Assembly: GCA_964559565.1 (NCBI GenBank)
Contig: CAZLJI010000001.1
Location: 24,053 to 88,052, forward strand
Length of the DNA: 64,000 bases
Direction of reading: 5' to 3'
From: an uncultured Ignavibacteriaceae bacterium
GTDB taxonomy: Bacteria > Bacteroidota > Ignavibacteria > Ignavibacteriales > Ignavibacteriaceae
A model generated the notes under the pieces. It saw only the letters and a list, made by a program, of their open reading frames with translations, searched no databases and was not told the origin of the DNA. The stretch's first letter is position 1. The number at the start of each line of letters is the position of its first letter. This document shows, in pieces, positions 53,815 through 60,819 of the stretch. A program made the position numbers and the translations under genes.

Positions 53815-54678
53815 CTACCTGAATCTTGATGTATATGACTCATTCCACTCTTTCGGAATGGGTTTGCCCGATCCAACGCAATATTCTGGCCCGCCGTCAT
53901 CGGCACCTAAATCTTTTTGCCATTTTAATGCAACCTTTTTCCAAATCTCTTCTCCTGGATCTGATTCTCGTTGATCACTGGATTGCCTATGAGCATAAAC
54001 TTTTGTCCATACCACGCCCATGCGCTCAAACTCTTCTTTGATGATTCCAAATAAAACATCACAGGCTTTTTCTTGTGCTTCAGTAAATTCATGGGGCCCA
54101 CCGCCTGATTTCCACCATGTGTAATTCTTGCCGATTAAACCTGGAAAATTCCCGGCAATCTCAATCCCTATCGCTGGACCAGATAAATCTTGTGCATGCC
54201 CAATCCCCCAATCAAACGGATGCGTCAACAAAACATCTCCGCTCCTAGTAATACCACAATGACACCGCGTTCGTTCCCACGTGGATTCATCGTTCGACAT
54301 CCAACATCCTGTTTGATGAATAACAACACCATGGATTTTTTGTGGACTTCTGTCCTTACCAAAAAAACCCGCCGGGGCTCCAAATACTAATCTGCAATCT
54401 TTTACCGTAACACCGCTTACCTGGTAAACTTTTGCACCAGAAACAGTACGGCCAATAGCCTCAAATAACTTGTTCCATGTTTGTTCTCCTACCACCCCGT
54501 CTGCATCAATACCCAGCTTCTCTTGCACCTTCTTGGCAAGCGCTTCAGTTTCTTTCCCAAAAAATCCATCGTTCTCTAGGAAGTCTTCGCCAAGAAGTAA
54601 CTCGCCAAACTCCTGGAACCTATGAACGGCTGGCCCGCTCATGTAATTGCCTTGTCGCAAAAAAAGAACTGGATTCAT
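53815..54678 (-). CDS. endolysin: PG_binding_1 domain plus N-acetylmuramoyl-L-alanine amidase (amidase_2/PGRP type)
   Basis: 287 aa. The N-terminus GPAVHRFQEF...DGFFGKETEALAKKVQEKLGIDADGVVGEQTWNKL fits a PG-binding domain. The C-terminus VVIHQTG...HAQDLSGPAIGIEIAGN...YAHRQSS...DPG fits the amidase. Confidence 0.65.
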   Translation of the reverse strand: MNPVLFLRQGNYMSGPAVHRFQEFGELLLGEDFLENDGFFGKETEALAKKVQEKLGIDADGVVGEQTWNKLFEAIGRTVSGAKVYQVSGVTVKDCRLVFGAPAGFFGKDRSPQKIHGVVIHQTGCWMSNDESTWERTRCHCGITRSGDVLLTHPFDWGIGHAQDLSGPAIGIEIAGNFPGLIGKNYTWWKSGGGPHEFTEAQEKACDVLFGIIKEEFERMGVVWTKVYAHRQSSDQRESDPGEEIWKKVALKWQKDLGADDGGPEYCVGSGKPIPKEWNESYTSRFR

Positions 54679-54697
54679 TTTTTAATCTCCATTTTTC

Positions 54698-54713
54698 GCG
54701 CATCCGGGTGCGC
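54698..54713 (+). repeat. GC-rich quasi-palindrome GCGCATCCGGGTGCGC, copy e
   Basis: Intergenic, 19 nt upstream of the endolysin ATG on the transcribed side and just before the RBS GGAG. Confidence 0.9.
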
Positions 54714-54759
54714 AATACAGCAGGTAATATATATCATATTTTGCAATTTGAAAATTAAA

Positions 54760-54954
54760 TTAACCGTCAACAGGCTCGTATGTTTCCTCGAAGATATCAG
54801 CACGACAAGGATATACTTCACCTCTTACCCCGGTAATTATATAATCGCCAATATTGGCAGTCATGGTCCCTTCAAATGTTTCTATATTTACCTTTACATC
54901 AGTTTGATAGGCACTAATGACTATAGGTTTTTTTCTGTATTTTTTCACATTCAT
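54760..54954 (-). CDS. small PGDYG-like domain protein
   Basis: 64 aa. [13 protein letters not shown]...[37 protein letters not shown] fits a phage family remembered as the PGDYG domain. Function unknown. Confidence 0.5.
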   Translation of the reverse strand: MNVKKYRKKPIVISAYQTDVKVNIETFEGTMTANIGDYIITGVRGEVYPCRADIFEETYEPVDG

Positions 54955-54957
54955 ATT

Positions 54958-55299
54958 TCAAAACTCTCTTCCGTGCTTCCTTGGTCTATTTTTATTGTAC
55001 TCAATCTTTTCCATTATTGCCTTTCCTAAATCATATCCCATCCCGCCACAATAGTCGGCAATACGAATTACACAGTCTGCTAATTCTTCTTCCACTTGTG
55101 ATACAACCGGAATTTTTTCTGAAGGCGGATTACCATCACGAAGTCCCTCCAAAGCCTCACTAAGTTCAGAATGCATTAGCGCAATAGCCTCGGCACCATT
55201 TCTTGGAGTATCCCAAAAACCATGCTCTTTGGACATATCAAAACACGTCATAGCAAGCGTGTTCAATGAATTAACAATAACATCTTTATCGGTTTTCAT
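54958..55299 (-). CDS. MazG-like nucleoside triphosphate pyrophosphohydrolase
   Basis: 113 aa. EAIALMHSELSEALEGLR...EELADCVIRIADYCGGMGYDLGKAIMEKIEYNKNRP is a typical all-alpha NTP-PPase motif pair (E..E / EE..D). Confidence 0.6.
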   Translation of the reverse strand: MKTDKDVIVNSLNTLAMTCFDMSKEHGFWDTPRNGAEAIALMHSELSEALEGLRDGNPPSEKIPVVSQVEEELADCVIRIADYCGGMGYDLGKAIMEKIEYNKNRPRKHGREF

Positions 55300-55330
55300 T
55301 TATGCATCTCCTTTACAGTTATTAACGGCG

Positions 55331-55570
55331 TTAATCATTTTCCTTCTCCAAAAACAAAGCCGCCATTTGCATCGCTTGCATTTCGATAGAATCATCTCCA
55401 TCTATTAAATCCGAGTCACCCATCAAACGATCACAAGCATTGACTAGAGCCCTAATCGTTTCCTCTGCCTCTTTAATCTTATCGTGACAGGAACACAACG
55501 GACATGGTTGCGAGCCATATTGAATGGCTATATGACTTCTATCTCCATTGCATTCATAGATATCACTCAT
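55331..55570 (-). CDS. hypothetical small Cys-containing protein
   Basis: 79-aa ORF containing CPLCSC. Confidence 0.45.
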   Translation of the reverse strand: MSDIYECNGDRSHIAIQYGSQPCPLCSCHDKIKEAEETIRALVNACDRLMGDSDLIDGDDSIEMQAMQMAALFLEKEND

Positions 55571-55595
55571 TTTCCTTCTCCTTAAATCAAATGAA

Positions 55596-56006
55596 TCAAT
55601 ACAAAAATTGTCCGAGCATTCGCAAATCTTCTAGGGTTGCTCTCAAAACCTCTTTATCAGCAAACCATGCATCGGTTGCTATTACATGCTTTATCGCCCA
55701 AGATTTGATTAGTTGATCCAATTCAGATTTTGCGTCCTGGTTGAAATTAAGGGGAACAAAAAACACACGATCATCTATCCCAGTATCAAGAAATAAATTA
55801 TTTCCCATTCGCTCTAAGACATCACCGATATCAAAAATTCCATCTGCCCAATCTTCAGCGCATACGTATTTCACAGTGTAAAATACTACAGGCCCATTCT
55901 CTAACGAAAGAGAACCAAGACAATTTGCCTTGCACTCGTCAAGCGTTTCAAAAGGTCCATGCAATGAATCATTATTTTTCCAAGGATAAGTCCAACAATA
56001 GCTCAT
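55596..56006 (-). CDS. hypothetical protein
   Basis: Start moved to the ATG at 56006 (MSYCWTYPW...), 1 nt after the upstream stop. Confidence 0.5.
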   Translation of the reverse strand: MSYCWTYPWKNNDSLHGPFETLDECKANCLGSLSLENGPVVFYTVKYVCAEDWADGIFDIGDVLERMGNNLFLDTGIDDRVFFVPLNFNQDAKSELDQLIKSWAIKHVIATDAWFADKEVLRATLEDLRMLGQFLY

Positions 56007-56007
56007 T

Positions 56008-56511
56008 TTATTCACCGCTCGCTTCACGTGCGCATCGTTTACATCTGCCGTCTTGTGCAGATCGCCGCTCATCAAAATGTTCTCTGAGTTCCTTTGCCCA
56101 CTGGACATAGCTCTTATTATCATATGGCTTATCTAAGGCGAGTTTAATTTTTTCTAATACCTCAGACTGTAATTTAAGATAATGCAGTTCTTTTTTGTCC
56201 CCTCCCCACTCTGGGCACTTGTCACTATCACCGGATATCACACTGTTACTAATACGCCAGCAATATGATGATTCCTCAAAATGCCTATCATAGGCAGATT
56301 CTACACCTGACGGTTCCTTTTTTACTATGTCCTCTTGCCAATTCCACATTTTGGCGGCATCTTCTACCGTATCACACTCAATTACACGACTGCATACGCC
56401 ACATTCAAGCGTATATCCGTTATCAACCTTAGCTAAAAAAATTCCCTCTGGTGCACCGCACGTGCATTTCTCTAAAATACCTGGCCATACCTGACATAGT
56501 GGTTTTTTCAT
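56008..56511 (-). CDS. hypothetical protein with a Lar-like zinc-ribbon N-domain
   Basis: 167 aa. CTCGAPEG...YTLECGVCSRVIECDTVEDAAKMWNWQ resembles the Lar restriction-alleviation fold (C..C...C..C...A...WN). Confidence 0.4.
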   Translation of the reverse strand: MKKPLCQVWPGILEKCTCGAPEGIFLAKVDNGYTLECGVCSRVIECDTVEDAAKMWNWQEDIVKKEPSGVESAYDRHFEESSYCWRISNSVISGDSDKCPEWGGDKKELHYLKLQSEVLEKIKLALDKPYDNKSYVQWAKELREHFDERRSAQDGRCKRCAREASGE

Positions 56512-56720
56512 TTCTTACTCCCTGTACCCATCGTAAATCTCAATACCCAATTAGTTTGTTTCATAATAAACAAAATATCATCCAAGTTGTTTATTTCTGC
56601 TTCACCCCACTCTTCATTCCACTCGTCTTCGAACCATTTAATGCCAAACGGTTTCAAAATATTATCATATGTTCTCATGCTTTTAGCGGGGTTAATCGAG
56701 TTTGTAATTCTTACTTTCAT
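56508..56720 (-). CDS. hypothetical small protein
   Basis: 70-aa ORF with a 4-nt overlap with the downstream gene. Confidence 0.45.
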   Translation of the reverse strand: MKVRITNSINPAKSMRTYDNILKPFGIKWFEDEWNEEWGEAEINNLDDILFIMKQTNWVLRFTMGTGSKK

Positions 56721-56741
56721 TTTTCACCTTCACAAATTATT

Positions 56742-57125
56742 TCATGGCCGCATAAACACATGAGCAACAACAGAATTGTTCTCTGGTAAAACCAAGCTTC
56801 TGTTCTTGGTTCCTTTTAACTTATATCCGACATAAATTTTATTGTTTCGATAGTAGCAATACGACTCTAATTTTTTTGTCAAGCCTGGATAAATAGAACC
56901 CCCGAAACTCTCCCAAAAAATAAAAGTGTCCAGGTTACACAAAACAGAACCAACGGAACGTTTGCTAAACTCAAGGTTAAAAGCCGGAGCAACAATAGAT
57001 ATAAAACGCTCAAAAAAGAAATCAGCATTCCTTCCACCCTTGATAAAATCAATTCGCCTTCCATCTTTATCGCACAAGGGTTTCTGTTTTTTGGCATAAG
57101 TAACAAAATAAAGGTTTTTAGTCAT
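56742..57125 (-). CDS. hypothetical protein
   Basis: 127-aa ORF with a 4-nt overlap with the upstream gene. Confidence 0.5.
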   Translation of the reverse strand: MTKNLYFVTYAKKQKPLCDKDGRRIDFIKGGRNADFFFERFISIVAPAFNLEFSKRSVGSVLCNLDTFIFWESFGGSIYPGLTKKLESYCYYRNNKIYVGYKLKGTKNRSLVLPENNSVVAHVFMRP

Positions 57126-57385
57126 TTTTCCTCTTTTATTTTTTCTAAAAACTCATCTACTCTTTTAGCAAGGTCCTGTTCCCAATAACTACTATCGGGA
57201 GATGTGCGACTGATAAAATCTGCCAACTCGGCAATCAATTCCTCGGCCATTTTGATCATCACATCCGCTTTCCCGCATCGATCACGGACACTAACCAACT
57301 CTTCGTGAAGCGCCCTATTTTCCTCGTATACAATCGCAAGCCCTTCAGCAGGGACCGTGACCATTTCTCTTTGTTTCATATTCAT
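57122..57385 (-). CDS. hypothetical small coiled-coil protein
   Basis: Start moved to the ATG at 57385 (MNMKQREM...), just after the upstream TGA. Confidence 0.45.
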   Translation of the reverse strand: MNMKQREMVTVPAEGLAIVYEENRALHEELVSVRDRCGKADVMIKMAEELIAELADFISRTSPDSSYWEQDLAKRVDEFLEKIKEEK

Positions 57386-57389
57386 AGTT

Positions 57390-57572
57390 TCATCCAGTAA
57401 TCTTCCGCAGAAATGAAACGGCTTCTTTTTTCGTAGCAAAAGCTTCAATCCAATAATCCGGATCTTCCTCTAGACAAACAACCCAATCTCCGTTTTTGTG
57501 TAGTCTATCCACTTCACCACGCTCGGTTGAAAACTTCACCATGTATGGCCTATGTTTTGCCTTTGACTTCAT
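57390..57572 (-). CDS. hypothetical small protein
   Basis: 60-aa ORF with a 4-nt overlap with the upstream gene. Confidence 0.4.
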   Translation of the reverse strand: MKSKAKHRPYMVKFSTERGEVDRLHKNGDWVVCLEEDPDYWIEAFATKKEAVSFLRKITG

Positions 57573-57817
57573 GCTTCCTCTCTATCCTCATACAAGTCGC
57601 ACTCGTCAAAATCCCAAGTTGCTTTGCTTCTAGCTAATCCGCTACAGGCCCATCCAGGCGCAATAAAATCAACCGTGCAAGCGTATTCACCTGGATCTAG
57701 CTCATTCCAATAAACACATGTTTTGCAAATTTTAGCTCCCCATTTTTTAGTCATTGGTTTAGTCATTAAACAAGCCGTCCTTTTTGTCACACTGAAAACC
57801 GCTTTCAGTTTTTTCAT
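57569..57817 (-). CDS. hypothetical small Cys-rich protein
   Basis: 82 aa. The start is uncertain: an internal ATG giving MTKPMTKKW is also possible. Confidence 0.4.
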   Translation of the reverse strand: MKKLKAVFSVTKRTACLMTKPMTKKWGAKICKTCVYWNELDPGEYACTVDFIAPGWACSGLARSKATWDFDECDLYEDREEA

Positions 57818-58004
57818 ATGTGCTTATAGCACTTTCAATAGATTTAAAAAGCGTCTTTCCATCATCAATGGAAACATGGATCACTGCGTTATCAATGACT
57901 AAATACTTATTTCCATTTGAAAGCTCGAAAGTATATGAGCCGTTAAAACACAATAGTATTTTATTTATTTCCCACATCGGGATCGCTTTAATCATTTCAA
58001 ACAC
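57759..58004 (-). CDS. hypothetical small protein
   Basis: 81-aa ORF. Confidence 0.4.
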   Translation of the reverse strand: MFEMIKAIPMWEINKILLCFNGSYTFELSNGNKYLVIDNAVIHVSIDDGKTLFKSIESAISTYEKTESGFQCDKKDGLFND

Positions 58005-58228
58005 TCATTTTTTTCCTCGTAACAATCACAAGCCCGTGCACCATAAGTTTCAGTCTCAATGAATCTTAAATTCCATCCGGCTCCCCACTTCGATGCGCTA
58101 TCTAAAATTTCTACCAACCACACTGGCTTTTTGCCTTTCAACCAACCGCAATAACCATCATCAAAATTGTTTTCTAATTCTTTTTCCCAAACAAAATGGA
58201 TGCATTGTCTACAATTTTTTTCACTCAT
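57992..58228 (-). CDS. hypothetical small Cys-rich protein
   Basis: 78 aa with CRQC...C...CDC. Confidence 0.4.
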   Translation of the reverse strand: MSEKNCRQCIHFVWEKELENNFDDGYCGWLKGKKPVWLVEILDSASKWGAGWNLRFIETETYGARACDCYEEKNECLK

Positions 58229-58503
58229 TTTTCACTCCTTGTATTCCATAAATCTGTTGCCTTTTTTTTGCCTTCTTTATCGAGATGGTGATGCTCATGG
58301 CCATTATCAAGATGTTTTCCGTTAGTGGAAACTAAACCATCTGGATTTTGTCTTGCCTTTATAGATGGTCCGTTTATTCCGCATCTATTACATTCGACGC
58401 GCCAAACTGCATATTCAATAGGGAAAAAATCAGGAACATAAAGCTCCATTGACAAATCTCTACTTCCGCAAAACGGACAAGGTTTTATTTTATCTTGTTC
58501 CAT
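58225..58503 (-). CDS. Lar-family restriction-alleviation-like protein
   Basis: 92 aa. KPCPFCGSRDL...WRVECNRCGINGP...KKKATDLWNTR fits the Lar family pattern (PCPFCG...C..Cg..gp...A...WN.R). Confidence 0.5.
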   Translation of the reverse strand: MEQDKIKPCPFCGSRDLSMELYVPDFFPIEYAVWRVECNRCGINGPSIKARQNPDGLVSTNGKHLDNGHEHHHLDKEGKKKATDLWNTRSEK

Positions 58504-58505
58504 TT

Positions 58506-58928
58506 TTACAACCCACGAGATTTAAAAAACTCTACAAGAGCCATGGTGACAATGCTCGTTGTGTTCGGATATTGCATCGCATTATCATCCGAAAACTTCC
58601 TAATCTTTTCGTAAAGACTAGTTGGCATATTCATTGTGCATTGCCTCTTTTTTTCTCTTCCTAAAAACTCTTGATAAATTTTTTCTAAACGCTCAAGTAT
58701 AAAATCCCTAACACCGTCAATTTCTCCGCTCTCGATTCTAGCCAATACATCAAAATTGGCATGCATAGAAACAGGTGCTGTCTCTTTAAAAAACTCTACT
58801 AAATAATTTGGTAGAAAAACTTTTACTTCTACCTCGGCTAACTCGTTTCTTTCGTTTGCACACGTTATTATTGTTTGAAGTTTTGATTCCAAACGAGAAT
58901 TTTCTTTCCCGTTAGATAGTTCAAGCAT
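58506..58928 (-). CDS. hypothetical protein with an RHH-like C-terminal segment
   Basis: 140 aa. The C-terminus MNMPTSLYEKIRKFSDDNAMQYPNTTSIVTMALVEFFKS has a strand-helix-helix layout. Confidence 0.45.
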   Translation of the reverse strand: MLELSNGKENSRLESKLQTIITCANERNELAEVEVKVFLPNYLVEFFKETAPVSMHANFDVLARIESGEIDGVRDFILERLEKIYQEFLGREKKRQCTMNMPTSLYEKIRKFSDDNAMQYPNTTSIVTMALVEFFKSRGL

Positions 58929-58938
58929 TTTTCACCGT

Positions 58939-59598
58939 CTAGTATTTCACAACGTAAAACCTGTCGCCTTTGTTGTCGAACATAGCAATATTTTGATCAA
59001 TCGTTTGGCCAAAAACTTTAATTTCCAAACTCTGTGCTAACTGAAATCCACGCTTTTCTACCCACGGAACAATCGCCGCGCTTTTCCAATAGTGCCGCAT
59101 CAAAGGAATATCACGATACAATTGTTCGCCAGTGCATCCGAGGTTAGGCCCAATATATCCACCAACCCTTAATACATACGTATCCAGCGCTTTGCTCCAT
59201 GCATTCGCATATTCAAGCACGTCTTCTGCCCTTTGTACTGTGTTCCATTCAAGATCGCACCAAACGGTTGTTCCTTCTGGAATACCAAGCTCCCTGCAAT
59301 TCCATCCAGCAGCATCACCCGCAGCCTTCCCGGTCATCGCATTCGGCGTTACCCCGAAAGGCGCAAACTGAACAATAGACAACCCCCACTTGCTATCTTT
59401 GTTTATCGTTTCGTTTAGTTCCTGCTTGGCCAACGAAACAGGCCATTTGGTGTCAGGCGTGTCTCGCACATATCGTTCACGATTCACATATCGAATTTTC
59501 ACTCGATACCCAGCATCCCAAAATTTTTGACTCACCGTTGGATCAAAATAAGTCGAAGCATCAAAACAAAGACATGGATCAACTTTTTTCGCTTTCAT
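58939..59598 (-). CDS. putative glycoside-hydrolase-like protein (DUF1906/GH25-like TIM barrel), weak
   Basis: Start moved to the ATG at 59598 (MKAKKVDP...), RBS GAAGGAG. CFDASTYFDPTVSQKFWDAGYRVKIRYV resembles the start of Rv2525c-type GH-like domains, from memory only. Confidence 0.35.
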   Translation of the reverse strand: MKAKKVDPCLCFDASTYFDPTVSQKFWDAGYRVKIRYVNRERYVRDTPDTKWPVSLAKQELNETINKDSKWGLSIVQFAPFGVTPNAMTGKAAGDAAGWNCRELGIPEGTTVWCDLEWNTVQRAEDVLEYANAWSKALDTYVLRVGGYIGPNLGCTGEQLYRDIPLMRHYWKSAAIVPWVEKRGFQLAQSLEIKVFGQTIDQNIAMFDNKGDRFYVVKY

Positions 59599-59609
59599 AA
59601 ATTCTCCTT

Positions 59610-59643
59610 CGCGCACCCATTGCGCGTTTACGCGGTAAACTAT
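59610..59643 (-). repeat. variant of the GC-rich element (CGCGCACCCATTGCGCG hairpin plus shared 23-nt tail)
   Basis: 6-bp perfect stem CGCGCA/TGCGCG. 59621-59643 (TGCGCGTTTACGCGGTAAACTAT) is the reverse complement of 36334-36356. Confidence 0.85.
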
Positions 59644-59900
59644 TCTTCCTCGTATATGTCCCTTAATCCCTTGTCACCAAAAAATTTGATGAATGCGGGG
59701 ATCTTGCTTTTTGGTTCTTCTTTTTTTTGCTGCACATCTTCTTGTGACTCTTCTTGTGGTTCGTCTTGTGGTTCGTCTCTTGGGTCCGGGAGATGCTCCA
59801 GGAGCGTTTCCAACGCATTCGTAAGCGTGTATCCATTTTTTGCGGCAAAAAGCCTTAATTTACGATGGGTTAACTCGGAAAGGTAGATGTGCTTTTTCAA
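59640..59900 (-). CDS. ribbon-helix-helix protein with an acidic tail (first gene of the minus-strand unit)
   Basis: TTG start at 59900, 8 nt after GGAG. KKHIYLSELTHRKLRLFAAKNGYTLTNALETLLEHL has an RHH layout. The longer ORF-track N-terminus is hydrophobic junk that spans the intergenic region. Confidence 0.45.
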   Translation of the reverse strand: MKKHIYLSELTHRKLRLFAAKNGYTLTNALETLLEHLPDPRDEPQDEPQEESQEDVQQKKEEPKSKIPAFIKFFGDKGLRDIYEEE

Positions 59901-60068
59901 GACAAACACTCCAATTGACAAATGATTATTACCGTGCACAAAATAGCAAAAAATGACAACCCCGTCAATAATAAAAGATAAAAAAGATAAAAAAGAAAAT
60001 AAAGCAAAAAATAACTCTTGCACATTCTTCCTACTTGTATTACTCCTAATACTAGAAGGAGAAACAAA
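59901..60068. promoter_or_regulatory. divergent intergenic control region
   Basis: 168-nt AT-rich gap between opposed genes. TTGACA lies on the plus strand at 59915-59920. Phased A-tracts (AAAAGATAAAAAAGATAAAAAAGAAAATAAAGCAAAAAAT) are present. RBS AGGAG precedes the ATG at 60069. Exact promoters not resolved. Confidence 0.35.
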
Positions 60069-60605
60069 ATGCCCAAAAAAACCACCAAAGAAAAAACACA
60101 AAGCTTGATTAAAAAAGACGCTGATTCTATGGCGTCTTTAGGTCTCCTCTCTGCCCCCCTAGAAGCCCTAAGCACTGACGAAGTGCATTTAGGTTGGTCC
60201 GTCCTGGACTTAGCCGAAAAGGTTATCAAAGAACGAAAAGAAGAAATGCGTGAAAGACTCCTTTTAGAGGCAGAAAACCTTGGAAAACAAGATGAAAAGG
60301 GATCCTTCATCCTTGATCTGGACGAAGGCCAAGTAAAAAAAGAGAAGCGCGTGGCAAGGGCAAAGCCAGACGAAGCCCTTGTCAGAAAGACCCTCCTTGG
60401 GCTTGGCGTTAACCCAGAACGTGTCTTTGTCACACGTACGGTCACAGAATTTTCGCCCGAAGCCTTCCAGAGTCTTGTGGACGAAGGCATTATCCCGGAA
60501 GATAAAGCCAAGGAAGCAACCGAGTCAAAGATCACATGGGCCCTAAAGGTGGTTCCGCCCCCAGCCGTGAAAACAATTTTCAACAAAATCAAAGAACTTA
60601 AATAA
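60069..60605 (+). CDS. hypothetical protein
   Basis: Start moved to the ATG at 60069, after AGGAG (178 aa). GC content is visibly higher than in the minus-strand block. Confidence 0.6.
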   Translation: MPKKTTKEKTQSLIKKDADSMASLGLLSAPLEALSTDEVHLGWSVLDLAEKVIKERKEEMRERLLLEAENLGKQDEKGSFILDLDEGQVKKEKRVARAKPDEALVRKTLLGLGVNPERVFVTRTVTEFSPEAFQSLVDEGIIPEDKAKEATESKITWALKVVPPPAVKTIFNKIKELK

Positions 60606-60648
60606 CCAAGCCGGTCACAGGATATGTCACACGGAAAGGAGAAACCAT

Positions 60649-60819
60649 ATGAGTATAGTTAGGATTGCGTTTTCGATATCGGTAGAGTTGGCACGGCGAA
60701 TCGAGGAATACATTAAAAAACAAGATGTGCCGCCCTCGCGAAGCCAAGTCATTGCCACGGCCATTAAAAAATTCCTTGATGACGAGGAAGAAAAATGCAC
60801 CCAACAATCCGAAAACTAA
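60649..60819 (+). CDS. ribbon-helix-helix (CopG-like) regulator
   Basis: 56 aa, below the ORF-track cutoff. RBS AGGAG lies 7 nt upstream. MSIVRIAFSISVELARRIEEYIKKQDVPPSRSQVIATAIKKFLDD has an RHH layout. Confidence 0.55.
   Translation: MSIVRIAFSISVELARRIEEYIKKQDVPPSRSQVIATAIKKFLDDEEEKCTQQSEN

Noticed and set aside
53086-53829. 247-aa plus-strand ORF
   Set aside because: It is antisense to the well-supported beta-clamp gene. It is Phe/Ser/Leu-rich low complexity typical of the reverse strand of an A-rich gene, and it has no RBS.
59897-60592. 231-aa minus-strand ORF
   Set aside because: It is antisense to the plus-strand ORF 60069-60605, which has an AGGAG RBS and an ATG. The minus ORF would run through the divergent intergenic region, and its composition is Ser/Arg/Phe-rich junk.
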